This document shows positions 22,731 to 35,882 of a stretch of 64,000 nt of DNA, piece by piece. The translations under genes were made by a program, and so were the position numbers. Numbering within the stretch: position 1 is the stretch's first letter; each line of letters opens with the position of its first letter. The notes below the pieces were generated by a model, which worked only from the letters and a program-made list of their open reading frames with translations, was not told the origin of the DNA and ran no database searches. Source of the DNA: Paecilomyces variotii (lineage: Eukaryota); NCBI GenBank assembly GCA_004022145.1, contig RCNU01000005.1, one strand, 5' to 3'.

Positions 22731-25700
22731 GCCCTGCAGAGCCGGGGTGGGGAATTATTACCGTATCGTTACCGGGATGCGGGTCGGTATCGTGTTCGCA
22801 TACGGTGACCGTATCGATACGTCTGGTATGGTGGCTCAACTTTTCCAGGGGGGCAGAAATAACTACTCCGTAGTTGATGGACAAGAACAAGAAAAAGGGC
22901 ACACGGCTGTGGCGCGATTCGCCCTATCTAGTTAGTTACAGTCTGTAACTTAGATAGTGGTTGCCCTTCTGCGCCTCAGGCCAGAGGAGGGTCCTGAAAT
23001 GAGGAAGGATAAGGATAATAGCGATAATGGTAATATCTTGCACCCCCGGGGTGACGATGACGATGTCGTTTCAACCGGTTCCCGGTCGAGCAAAACAAGA
23101 GGCAGCCAGCAGCTGTCGAAACTCGTGTCTGGGGAAAAAAAAGGGCAGTTGGTCTTATGGCAGTATGTTCGTTATCGTGCGGCGCAGATGAGTAAAAGGC
23201 AACAGAGATGACCACCATAAAGTATGTCGAGGTCCGTGGTGCACTGCGGGCGGGTGCAAGGGAGGACTTAATAAGAACTACTGAATGATTTATTTCCTTA
23301 GGCGGGATGGGCAAGATGGGTATGATGTGGATGCTGCGATGACTGTTCTCCCCTGCGACACTCGAGCTTTTTTGCGCTGTCAAGAAAACGACCAGAGGCG
23401 GACCTATGAGCTACGAGAATCACGATACTACTTCGAGCCAATACTCTTGCTGCAGTCAAGCAGCGCATAGCAACGGCCACCGCACACCTGCCCAAGATTC
23501 CACTGGCAGTGCTAATCAACACTTCTCCCCTCCTGGTCTGCGTGAAGCCCGAGGTTTGGGCTGCAAGAAGAGCGCAGCAGACGGAGACAGGGTCGAAGAA
23601 GGCAGAATGTGCGGATCCCATAACTCTGGTCATTGGTCGATCTTTTCTGGGGAATGTCAGTGTCAATTTCACAGAGACGGGACGTTTCAGAAGGACCATC
23701 ATCATCTCCTGCCGGAGATCTGCTCCTGCGTATCTCGCAGCTGCGTAATTAATTAACTAACTCTATTGTGTGGAGAGGAAACCCTTGGTACCGAATGGCG
23801 GTCGATAAAAGGATCATGCCATGCCTTATCATGTAATGAGATATCCTGGCCAGTAGGTTTGGGTTGGGAATAGATAGTAGTAACTACCTACCATATGGTA
23901 GAGTTGACGGAGCAATGGGTTTTGTTGGATTGCTCTTGGACTTGGAACAATGTGATGAACTCTACTCATCGCCCCTCTTCCGATCGATCTACTTTGCTTT
24001 TCCAGTGAGCAGGTAACAGCGATGACCCACCCTATTGTATTGTCTTCTTATTTCAATACGGAAATAATCTATAGATACTGGCGACAATAATGAATGCCCT
24101 GACGTGCTCCTTTCGCGACCCGCAAGTCGACGTTCAGGGTGCTCGCTAAAAGGTGCTACGATGAACCGACCTCAACACCGTTTGCAGGCGAACCCGGAAG
24201 CCGTACGGAAGGTGACGGGCCCCGTTGATAAAAAGGTGTTCGTTCCCTGCCAGGCTGCCAGGGCTCACACTACTGGCAGGCCAAGAGGACCGTCGAACAA
24301 TTGAGATATGAAATTTAATTTCGGAGGTTTGAATCCACACCACTCAGCCCCAAAGCCCGCCTGAAATCTTTAGAACACCGCTGTTGCCAGCACAAATCAT
24401 GTCTTTTTCTCCATGTAGTCTACGAGCTGCACCTTGGGCACGCAGCACGCTTGTCTACACCGCGACTTTTAACCCTTGATGATGATTGGGGCCCTTCAGC
24501 AGCATTTCCCCGACTATCACGACATCACAGTTGCCTGCTGTAAGGCTGCTTTTCGGCTGTCGCTCGCAACCGTGTTTCATCATGGCCGCTGCAGGGTGAT
24601 GGCACGAGATAGGGCACGGTGATTTGCGCACAAATCATGCCAGCCCACCACATGGTAACTAACCAGTCTGCTTAGCTGTCAGCCAGCGATGAAGCACCAA
24701 CGGTAGATCAGACAGGACCGAGCTCAAAGACACGATCATCATGCTACTACTGTCGCGACACCTTCGAGAAAGGAGTGAAAGGGGAAAGCGACCTATGCGC
24801 TCTCTCAGACCCCGTAGAGAAGTGAAATCAGCGGTGGAGCTTCCAGTCACCTCTTCTGCTCTTCAGGTCCCAATCGTTCGGTGCATCAGCGGGGAGACCG
24901 TTAAGGGTTCGCAGATTGTGGGTGCCCTCGTATCGCGCCTGTATGGACAGTATTGCAACAGGACGATCGCCAAGTCGCAAAGCAGCGATCTGATTCACAC
25001 CAATCATGCCAGCAATTCGCTCCTTTTGTTTGTTGATTAGCTCTCTGCTTCGTACTAATTAATTACATTGGAGCCTTGACAGCAGCGGACAGGGCATCGC
25101 GCCTCGTGATGGTATTATAAGGGGTGATTCACGACAGCCAGTCCCGGAGGACCGTTTCTTTTCCTGCCCTACGAGGGGCTTACCGCTGATGCTGAGACCG
25201 CTGTCCAGTTTAGGATTTCTTGTATTGAAGCTTTTATTGTTTCTGCCGGTCTTATGCTCTTACCGCTTCATGCGACCACTGCAGCCTTGCAGCCTTGCAG
25301 CCAACCGTTCCAATGATTTTCAACAGTCTTGTCGGCTGCGAGATGCGGCACCGCTCCTCCAGACCGTCTTCCAATCCCCTCCATCGGCCCCCGTGCCAGC
25401 TGTTGTTTTGCGGCTCATCCCAGTGTGTCTGTGCGTCTGGGATGCTCTCGATGATGATTATGCCATATTGTCTTGTCCCTCGTGCGACATGACATGTCTG
25501 ATACGATGGCATCGGTCAATGGTCACAACGATGTCTCTGTCACTATAACAGCGTTGCCTCGACAAGATCCAGTTATCTAGGATTCAAATTGATCCTGGTC
25601 CTGGAAAGGTCGACGTTGTTTTTAGCGGTTCTTTGTCGTGGGATAGTCCCTGTGGATATTCGACCCCTCCAAAACGGCTATTTCGAGTTCTCCTCCCTCA

Positions 25701-28085
25701 GTACGTACTGGCACAGTGTATGGCAAACGATCGCTGTCAAGGTCGCGCAGCTATCCACATGAGGGAAGTTGACTAACGTGTAACTTGGGTGTTAGTGACT
25801 CACTGTGCTTCCTAATCAGGGTACTAAGCAACGTCTCATGACACTGGACGAGTGTTTATGCCTGGGGGCACGACGCTCATCTGCGAGATTAGAGAATGAG
25901 CAGTTACCCCTCAGCTTATCGTTAAGTTACAGGACCTCGTGCTCTCTGCGGTCATCTTGACTGGTATCAAGCCGGCGCCATGCGATCTTTTCTAGGCACG
26001 GATGTTAATAGGCCGGCATGGTGGATTGGTTCTTCTGTGACACCCTCGGGCGCAGCCAACGTTGCATATTGCTGCGGAAGACAGATAGTTAGTTACAGTC
26101 TCCTCAGCTGATCTCAGCTCGGGCAACCGGACAGCTGTGCGATACTACTAGCGACATAGACGACCGGATCTTTTTCTATCGCGCAACAGTCAGATATTGG
26201 AGGATGGGGTTAATCTTGCCGCCGATCCATTGTCCTTCCTGCCGCTGCCGCTGCCGCCAAGGGGCGTCCCCGCGGTTTGGGTTTACATTCTAGTATCTAC
26301 AGTATCTACATGTCGGACCTAGTCGCAGACAAGGAGGGGAAGACCAGGATCCTACCTTGACAAGGTTGCTCAAGTCATCATCATTTCACTTGCTAGTTAT
26401 TGATTACTACGCTTCTCAGTGCTAACTACTAACTACTATAGCTATAGTTAGCACCTCTCTCCTTGTTTCCCCCGTCCTTCAGGCAGAGGGTTTCTGTTCG
26501 AGACGTCTGGTTTCCTCATTTAGAGCGGAAACCATTTCTGTGCAGTGTGCACCCAACCTCTGATGAGCTAACCCGCGGTCATCGCTCGATTCTATTACTA
26601 CGTAGTATTGTCGCCGTTCGAAGATCATCAGACAATAGCCTCGATCGTACTCAAAACAGACCAGTTCGTGCATCTCACCCCGCAGATAGGGGTGATCCGG
26701 GTGTGTTTATGCCCATCTCCACGATCTATCGCTCCCCGTGCCCTCCCCCTTTTTGACCGCAGGCATTCCCCGGGTTTATGGCATGCGAGGACATCGCGGG
26801 CCAGCTCACATGACGATATGGTTTCTTGGCTTAGAAGCAACCGGTGGCATTTTCCGATTCTCGCTTCATTGGCGGTGACGGCCTAAATGAACCAATGTCT
26901 CTCCTGGAAGGCCTAACTACTGCTTGAGCCTTGTAGATAACTAAGTAGCTTTTGTTCTCAGTCTGAGAGCCACGCCGTTTTCTCGTGGGGATCGTCGATT
27001 GGCCTGCCTATTTCCGGGATAGCTCAGCGAGTCCGATCCACTCGCCTTTGTCATGACAGGGAAGAAAAGGGCAAAGTGTACTCCGTAGTCTACTCCGTAC
27101 TCCGTACCCTTGAAGGTTGACTTTTGAGTGACCGTGTGTGGATCTCGGATTCTTCCTCCTCTGATGGCTTTTCTTGTTCCTTGGTAACCCCGGCGATGAG
27201 ATCCATACCTGCCATGATCCTTCATTGTTGTCCCAGAGAGAGGAAGTAGTCACTTAATGGGGACGGCTCCTTAACCTAGCAGCAAAGCCCGCCGACCGCG
27301 CAAACAGCGGTCTCCGGGCCCTGCAAGGATGACATCATCACTACCGCTCGATCGGCACGTGACGGGGTGCAGATCGATTGATTGTTCACAAGGAGGGGGA
27401 GTAAAACCAAGCCGGCCCCGTTGCGATCAGTCCCCAAGCGGGTTCGGGGTTTAATCTTGTGTTAGATTGATTAGGAGCATCTAGTGTGCTTCTGGTGCTT
27501 ATCCTGACAACTAGAGTTAGATAGAGTAATAATAATACTCCATACGGAGTAAAGCATTCATTATTATTTATTTTCTCTGGCGTCATGATCTAACTAAAAG
27601 TACTGTACAGTACCACCCACTCCAATGGTCCGCCGTCATGGTACCGTTCCGCGTAACAATACAGCTGTCACAGCGCTAGCGTAACGTACCGTTATAGTGG
27701 CTGGTACGGGCCCTTAACCAAAAGCAGTAATTCCAGGGCTGTCCCTGGACGGAGAGGACAAGGCTACGTACCTCGTATCTCGTACTCGGTCCGGTCGGTT
27801 GGTTCACCATCTCTGCAGGTCAGATCGAATTAATTATCTCCGGCCATTATTGCAAAGACCTCGTAATCGCATCAGAACTGTTCGTGTTCTTTCTCTCTTT
27901 ATTTCTTTATTTCTTTCTTTCCTGTGCAAGTCAGCAAGCTGCCTTCATCTTCATCCCTGAATTGCACCAGTGGCGAAGCTTTTGCAGGCAAGGGCGGTCG
28001 CGACTAGCTTGTTAGCTAGCCGGGCAGCCCGAAAGGCTGCGGAAAGCCCGTTCCCAGCCAGACGGAAACATTGACGCCTCTAGCC

Positions 28086-28153
28086 AGGGGGGGGGTTCGT
28101 CATGGAATGGTATTTTTATTTTTTATTTTTTATTTTATTTTATTTCATTTTAT
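28086..28153 (+). repeat. G homopolymer followed by a (T)nA-rich low-complexity tract
   Basis: Run of G at ~28087-28095; tatttttattttttattttttattttattttatttcatttt from ~28111. Confidence 0.85.
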
Positions 28154-29208
28154 TGATGTGATAAGGGAGGACAGGGCAAAAAGATTAAAAACAAAAAAGT
28201 AACTTACAGGGTCCACATTTCTTTTTCCCGCTCCTATCATTCTGCTCTAGTTACTCTAACTACTCTATGGTACTCTATGATTGTTACTGCTCACATTACT
28301 TATTCGCTGCCCTAACTACTGTCTACGAGTATTAACTAATTCATGAAGGATTATTATTATTGTCATTTAGTCAATACCATAGTGAACTATCCAGCCGATA
28401 TTACCCGCTCAGACACTCTCACTAATCATTGTTTGTTTGATGCGGAGACAACTCCCACGTAACTAATAAATAATACAGTTAATAATAATACTGCGGCGGC
28501 CTTCAGTCCGTACCTGGCTTTGTCAAGAGCGTTGCACCCGCTCCATCCGCACCGTGCCCTTCGATGCGTCTTCCATGACCCGGAGTCGAATCGCCGATGG
28601 CAGAGGGTATCGCCCAGCCGTCACTGGGATCTTCCCACGAAAGCGGGCATCAATGACCTTGCACTTGTCAACGTGCGCAGCCTCCATTGCCTGGAAACTA
28701 CACGCGATGTCATGCATCAGGGAAGCTGCATTAAACTTATCTCGTGACACTCTTTCTCGTCCTGCCGCCTTGAGCGCAGCGAATTATTTACTAAGCCCCT
28801 CCTGAGAGCGAGCTCAGCCCGAGGCTGTTTCCAAGTTGCATTGCATCTCCTCATCGGGCAAGATATCACCAGGCGGTGGAGGAGTGCCTGTTCGGTTGAC
28901 GATTGCAGCAACTAAGTTAGTAAGTTAGATACAAGGTTGGAGAAGAAGAATAATGACCCGCAGACCGCAACGGCAAAAACAGGCTTGGAGGGGGAAAAAC
29001 GTGCTTCTCGAGTCTGCGCGTCGTATTGCCTGTTCTGGTCGTTTCTGTCATTCCTGACTTCCCGACGATGCGGACCGATTATTGATGTTCATTGGGTCGG
29101 ACATTCTTGTTTACTCGTGGAGAATCGTGTTGATTTCCATGTTAGAAATCCATCTTGACCTCGCAAACTATCCCTATTCGGAGGTGGGATAGTTACACTC
29201 GTTTTTCC

Positions 29209-29231
29209 ATTATTATTATTATTATTATTAT
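29209..29231 (+). repeat. (ATT)7 microsatellite
   Basis: attattattattattattattat read directly. Confidence 0.9.
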
Positions 29232-32200
29232 CACCCCATGTGAGGCTGCGGCTTATTCAGGTCTGTGTCACTTTATTTTTCTTTTGTCCTTCATGGCTGT
29301 CAAGGTAGGTGGGGTACATAGGCTATGGTCAAGTTGTCAACCGCCCCTCAAGCTTCTTGGGATGCGGGGCACTCGATCCTGGCTCTGTGTGTGCTGTACT
29401 TCTACGAAGTATCTATCCATGTTCTATCTATCTCAATGCCCAATTTGGTGAACGAGGACTGCACTATGAAAAGTCAACACCGGGGTCCACAATGGATAAT
29501 CTCGTCAGACCAGCTAATATACATACTCCTAATCAGAGAGTATGGTTGCCTTCGTAAATTCCGCTGCTTTGTACACCCAGGACGGAACCTGACGGCAACG
29601 CTTTACTGATGGCTTAACCAATAGTTACTACTTTGTATTACAATGTCTAGCCTGCCCATCCTCACGCCTTTTCCTGTAACACAGACGCTACTCGTCAATG
29701 GGATATAATCCATGGGCTACCCACCACAAGACTCATCATCCTTACGATGTTGTTATTCCTTAGCATGCATCCGCAGCCGACGGCAAATATCCTCGTCTGC
29801 CCTCAGGCATGAAATGAGTCGAGTTGGACGATGGAAGCTTTGACTCTTCCCTCTTCCGGAAACATCATGCCAGATATTATTAATACATCATCATGGCTGA
29901 TATGACACCCCGGGGTGTCTCTTTGCTTCCTCCAGAATTCGCCAGATGCTCTTGTCAATGACAATCGTCCCGGGCTGAACCTGCCTCTTCAAGACTTGAT
30001 ACCCTGGGTATACGTCGAATAATGATGATTCACCAGACGATCAGCCGCGCAAGTGGCGGTTCCGCGATTCCAAGGGTACCTTGTCTGATATTATTACAAA
30101 GTCGTACCGCCTTTCCAGTTTCAGGTTGTCTCGTCACGTATGGACTAGGACAGCAACAATAATGACTGTCTTGTCACCACCAGACCGATCCATTTTGATG
30201 ATGTTTGATTCCGAAACTTGATCGTGCATCATTTGCGTTCCAGCCCTGTCGGTTGATGCTGCTGTCCCTGGTCTGCCTATTGCGACGCTCCACCATACAG
30301 ATGGCGAGAAAATGTCATGCAGCTAACTACTCCTTTAGTGCTATAGCATGTTCGAATTGTCGGGTCTCCAGTAGACGATCCATATCTCTGGAACCTTCGA
30401 GCCTCTAGCCGATTCTCCTTTCAACCATACGGGGAATAGCAGTAATACAATATACTGGCCGGTGATCTAGATCCCGTCTCCCGGCCAACGCCTGAAGGCG
30501 CCCGCTACGAGAAAATTCGATGGTGCCAGAAAGAACCTGTCTTCATTCTACCCATAGACCCTATCACATACCTTTGTTTTCAGGGTTCTGCCTCTGTATC
30601 GGTGATGGCCACAAAACCGGCGGAACGCTGCGTTATGGTAAAGTCGCTGCAATCAGGCGGAGAGACATCCCGATCGCAACCCAAGGAACGTTATCTCATC
30701 CTTCCGTCAAATCAAAGGCAACACTCTCTCCCCTGGAAGTTTCTAGGGAAATCCGATCGGTGATTTCGGACTGTCAGCAACGCTGCAAAATGGCACGAAA
30801 CCTCTTTACCACATCCTGGGCCGCTCACCGGGGAACGCCCCTTGTCCGGGATGCATTTCTTCATGCGAGATGATGATAATTTACAGGGCCATCGACCTAC
30901 AACGGACCTGCTCGTTGTTGTTCCATCGGGAGATCTGCCAGGTTTAAAGGACTGTGCGGGGACTGGTCTAGACCCCTCGGGCTGTTCCGTGACGGATCGA
31001 TCGTTGGCCAACGGTTTCCACAAGCTTAACGCCTCCTGGAGTCCGCTCATCTTTTTTCATCCTGCGCATCCGCTTTGACAGGGGGATTTTGCCTTTCCCA
31101 TCTTGTCGCTGCTTACAGCACGTCAGAGTTGTGCGCTGTGATGGACTTGTCCCTTCTTACTATGGTACTTGCTGTACGGACTCGAGACACGGGGTAGTGA
31201 TAACTCTCATTCATAGCTCTCATCTCTATCAGGACAACTACACAAGATCTCAACTGCAGAACAGTGTCCGAAAACTTAATCGCAGAGATCGACATTCTCG
31301 CATGCAGGAACAGGGCTGCTGTGTCACTTACATCTAGTTACTACTCACTCACTCATAGATTAATCACTTCATCACTACTTAGCAGCAACCCCGCCATTTC
31401 TTTACCTTCAACAGGATAATTATTACCCATGGTAAATGACTCCTTTCCTAACTTATCTACCCCTTCGTTATCCTAATGCGCCTCACATCCATCAAACAAT
31501 CTTAGCGCTTGGACCCGTCGTCCCTCGCCTCGATAACGCATGAAACAAAATTACAACATCTTACCACAATTACTGTACATACATACATACATAACCCCCC
31601 AATCCCACATGGAAAGCCGCTGCATTCAACAGTATGGTAGTTAATTATTCGTTCTCTCCTTATCTACGCCCTCTTGCTACCTACGTACCCGTATCCCTGT
31701 CCGCTACGGCGCGAGCTCGTCGCTGAAACGTCTGCCAAAGCTAAAATGCTATGGGACGCGTATGTGGAGTACGTGTATAGGGTACGTATACATGAGCATG
31801 AAGAGTTCGTTTTTATATTTGATCTTATTTGGATGATTATTGGGTGCCCTATTGCGGCTTGGCGTTTGGTCTGTATAGCGTTATAGGTAACTACGTCCGC
31901 TACAGAATTAAGGGTGCGGTAAAGGATAGTTAGGTGGTTCGCTGTGTACTTGGTTAAATCTTCGATATATATTTATATGTATCGTGCTGTAGGCCATGTG
32001 ATGTGCAGATATCCGATCAATGGGTGTGTGAAATAGGAAGAGAGGATAGAATTCAAATATTTCCCTTCTAGCTTAGCTTATACAGTTCCAAGATTTATTA
32101 GCGGGGGAATAGGTTAGGGACTATGTCTCCTATAGTACCGTGATATAGTTTTATTGCCGGGGGAAGCAAAGCGATTGTACTGTTTACCATGCGTTGGTAT

Positions 32201-32498
32201 AATCTGGGGACGAGATAAAGTTCCATCCATCTTTCTAAAAACGATGACTTTGAATTTATTCAGAAAATAGCGGAAGTCATCACCTATAGATCTCGACTAT
32301 ACAATACACACAATAAAAAAAGGCACCGCAAACATGCTTCTCTCAGATATATAAATACTTCCGGCATCAGTATCAGAGGGAGACAGCACGGGATGATCTC
32401 TATTCCTAACATAACAAGAACCCCAGTTCAGAATCTCCCTTATGATTTCAACGAAGGTATCTATGAAAGAATCAAACCACAAGTACAACAGGACGCAA

Positions 32499-33899
32499 CT
32501 ACGCACTGCTGCTATGATCGCAAGTGCAATCACTCCCCCTAGACGACTTCCCAAAAATCCCCGTCTTCCCCGCATCAATGCTCTTGCTGAGTTTACTCCA
32601 GCTATGTCTATGTCCATTAGCCACAGCCATTGCATGCGCGAGATTGACCGTCCAGCGTCTCCCAGGCTGTCGTCGTCGTCTCCATTTCGCCTCTCCGTTG
32701 ATCGACTTGTGCTTCTCGCTGTCGCTATCGCATTCCAGCCCGAGAACGCGACAAATGACTCTGATCTCTGCGTGATCTCTTGTATTCCGCATCCGATGAC
32801 ACCAGGTTACTTTCACATCGACGTCCGATCCAGCTCCTTCTTGTTTTCCGTAATCAAATTTCCAATCCCGACTAGCTTCAAAGATAAATTCACCACCAAT
32901 CTGCCTCATATCCCCACCTCGAAAAGCGTCTCCTTCACCGAGTCGCTTGACGCCTTGCACGACGCTTTGGAACATCCCTGTAAGTAGAGAGCGATGAATA
33001 TATTCTGGATCGTTCCGGCCGAGGTTCAGGGTGCGTCCCATTCCGAGGGCGCGGTATAATCGTTTGGTAGGGTCCGCGTAGACGGGGAAGGGACAGGATG
33101 TTTCTTCTTTGTACATGGTGATGAGAGATGGGGAGCCGCAGCCGATGATAACTAGTTCGGTTCCGTCTGGGATTGTGGATGGTGAGGGGATGGCGGATGT
33201 GAGGGAGCGGAGGTATTCTTGGCAGTTCTGGATGGGAATTGTAAGTTAATTTGGTTTTTATCCGTGGATGCATGTTTTTGTTGTTGGTGGTTCCAAGTTC
33301 ATATATGAATTGAATGGGATAGAACGGATGGGATGAGATGTCTGATATCAAACTCTGGGTAGGTAGGGGATAAATGTAAAACTCACCCCACAGAAAAAAT
33401 GCCGAACGAAAATAACCATCACTCGTTTCTTTTCCAGAGCATTTGACGGCATATACACATTCCTAAAAGGCATCTCAACCCCATGTGCATCAATAACCGG
33501 TAGAAGAGCCGCTTCTTCTAGCATCATCTTCGACGGTAGCTCACTCGACACTTCGACATCCTCCCCCGGTTCATCTAACAGACGGTCAGAATCCGGAGAA
33601 ATTTCACCCTCATCATGCCCGAATGCTTCACCGAATGGCGTCGGTGGGAGGGATTTATCTGCGATGGAGGCGCAATTCGGTGAAGATATAGAATTGGTAT
33701 CTGTCTTTATGATGGATACGCCGAATGCTGGCTTGGGAATATCCTTGAAGGCAAGGCTTGGTGGAACTATTGATCTTCGGGGTTGAACAGGTTGAACTCG
33801 GACGAATGTTTGCTGAGATGGGTCGGACGCCCATGTCTGCGCGTCTGATTGATGGAATGCCGGGAAGGGTTCTTGGGACATGGTGATAGTGACGGTCAT
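32499..33899 (-). CDS. AhpC/TSA-type thioredoxin-fold protein (peroxiredoxin-like) with a disordered N-terminus; intron 33228-33386
   Basis: Spliced reading VMVIFVRHFFCG|NCQEYLRSL (CxxC), VIIGCGSPSLITMY, FPVYADPTKRLYRALGM, QIGGEFIF, WCHRMRNTRDHAE. Confidence 0.85.
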
Positions 33900-35882
33900 T
33901 TTTGCGGACTAGAGGAAACGACAAAGTTCTGTAAAAGCAGTCCGTCAGTATGGTTATCATGAGGAACTATATCATTCTTAATGTTTGATGGATCAGTCAT
34001 ACATACAAGCTTTCAGAGGTGAATTTGAGCTTTGGGAGCCAAACTTTGGTTCCAGCACAGAATAGGATATGTTCGAAGTTCTAGTGGGAAGCGAAGCACA
34101 GGTCTGTGTTTTCAATACTTCTTTATGTCCTGACAAATCGAGAGATCTAGGAATATACGTTGATATGGAAAAAAGGAAGGGCACACAAGCTGCAATAGCA
34201 ACAAGCGTCCGAAATGAGTGAAAAATCTGGAAGAATAGAACTCAAAAGAGGAGATTGGTCCGGCCAAAACACCCTTCGAAACAATATTGACAAATAACGT
34301 CTAAATGAAATATAAAAAGAAATATATATATAAAAAAAAGTAAATGGTGTGAGGCGCCGCTCCTGCTACAAGACAGAGAGAGCAAGTCGCCTTATACGAG
34401 GACCCATGATCTCTCTTAAAAGTCAATTGCTCGGATCTCTTGACATCGAGCCAAGACACAAACTAATTAAGCAAAACGACATGAAATGCGCTCGTCCTAG
34501 ACCATTGTTGGGGATGCCGCTGACACGTCGCGTCTATCCGGTAACGTGCTCAGGGGGTGTCTCTGGGAATAGTTACGCCAGGGTTGATTTTGAGGCAAAT
34601 ACGACTCCATTTTCGGTAATCAGTCCACAGCAGTATCAACCTAGATGCATTCTCCCAGCAAGATCGAAAGGATAGTTACTCTGTATGGAAACGAGGGCAA
34701 CGCGTTCAATCGTTGTGTGTCGCAGACTCGTTTCAGCATCAAGGCGGCGAACCCCTGAATGACTGTCGGAAGTAAGTATTTGCCGTAGCTCTAGGCCAGG
34801 ACCGACATACAACGATGGGATTCTCGCATTTGGAGGTAATAACAGAATATTCCTATGTTTGTTCGAATAATTTCGTCGAAAATGTAATATCTGTCAGAAA
34901 TATACATTATAAGCGCTGTCTCAAATGCGGAGAGCGCAACCAGGCTTGTTGGCCGGAAGTACAGAGTATGTAAAAGGTTCTATATCCGGAATACTCGCAA
35001 AACGGTAATTAGTTTGTAAGCGGAACTTTCAAAGTTTTCTGACAGATAGATACGGAATACTCCGTGGACTGGATTCTCCCCGCATATGGGACCAGGGAAA
35101 GTCACGATGATCCTTGACAGCAGGTATCCTCATGTGGCAGAAGAATTGGAAAAGGGGTCTCGTCATGTAGTTTGAGACAGGGACCAGCCGGCGACTGAAA
35201 CGGCATTGTCTACCTCCTCCATAAGAAGGCATATTTTACGTTTAAATTTGTGAATTGTGAGTGCACAAGTGAGACGTCCGAACGCATATTGTGGACCTGT
35301 TTTAAGGCGTGATCCCACAGCCAAAAGTTCTCACAGAACTTTTCTTTTAGCCAAAAAGCTGTTCACAATAATAGATTCCCATAAAAGCAAGGAACCCCCA
35401 GTCAGCATCATTTTCTGAACACAGACTAAGCTAGTTTACTGCTGACAATTCTAGAGCGGGTTCCGCGATTCTAGCTGTTGATCGTCATGGGGGATCTGCA
35501 TAATCTGCAGGGTCGATGAAGCTGACGATCATACTGTTTTTCTCCACTATTTGATATGGAAAATAGCAATCGCAATGGTTACTGCGCTAGCAGGAAAACA
35601 GATGTAACTAAAGTGTGTGGTCTTCGTAATGGTCGACAAGCACTAGTATCTCGCTGTATTGGACGGCGCAGGTCAGTCATCCAGTCTAGCCTGTTTTCTA
35701 AGGAGATGAAGAGCCAACGAATGTAATATGGAGTGGACCAGCAATTGACCCTGAAAGTTCGTCGAAAAGTGCCAACCACGTTGGAAGAGCAGTCCCGGAT
35801 TAGCGGCCGCACTGGTCAGAGACTGCGCCGGATGCAAACCAATGGCCCAAGGATGTCCTGGATGTCAAAGTCTGCTCATACT

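Noticed and set aside
26559-26632. Hammerhead-like CTGATGAG...CTCGA and TCTGATGA/TCATCAGA inverted repeat
   Set aside because: The required GAAA core is GATT and stem II does not pair in register.
30022-30088. Possible C/D-box snoRNA (ATGATGA...CTGA); similar at 25451-25501
   Set aside because: No terminal stem and no convincing rRNA-complementary guide of 10 nt or more.
21551-32635. Numerous 60-135-aa ORFs in the long spacer, and antisense ORFs over real genes
   Set aside because: No recognisable domains, many non-ATG starts, and compositions typical of random or shadow ORFs.
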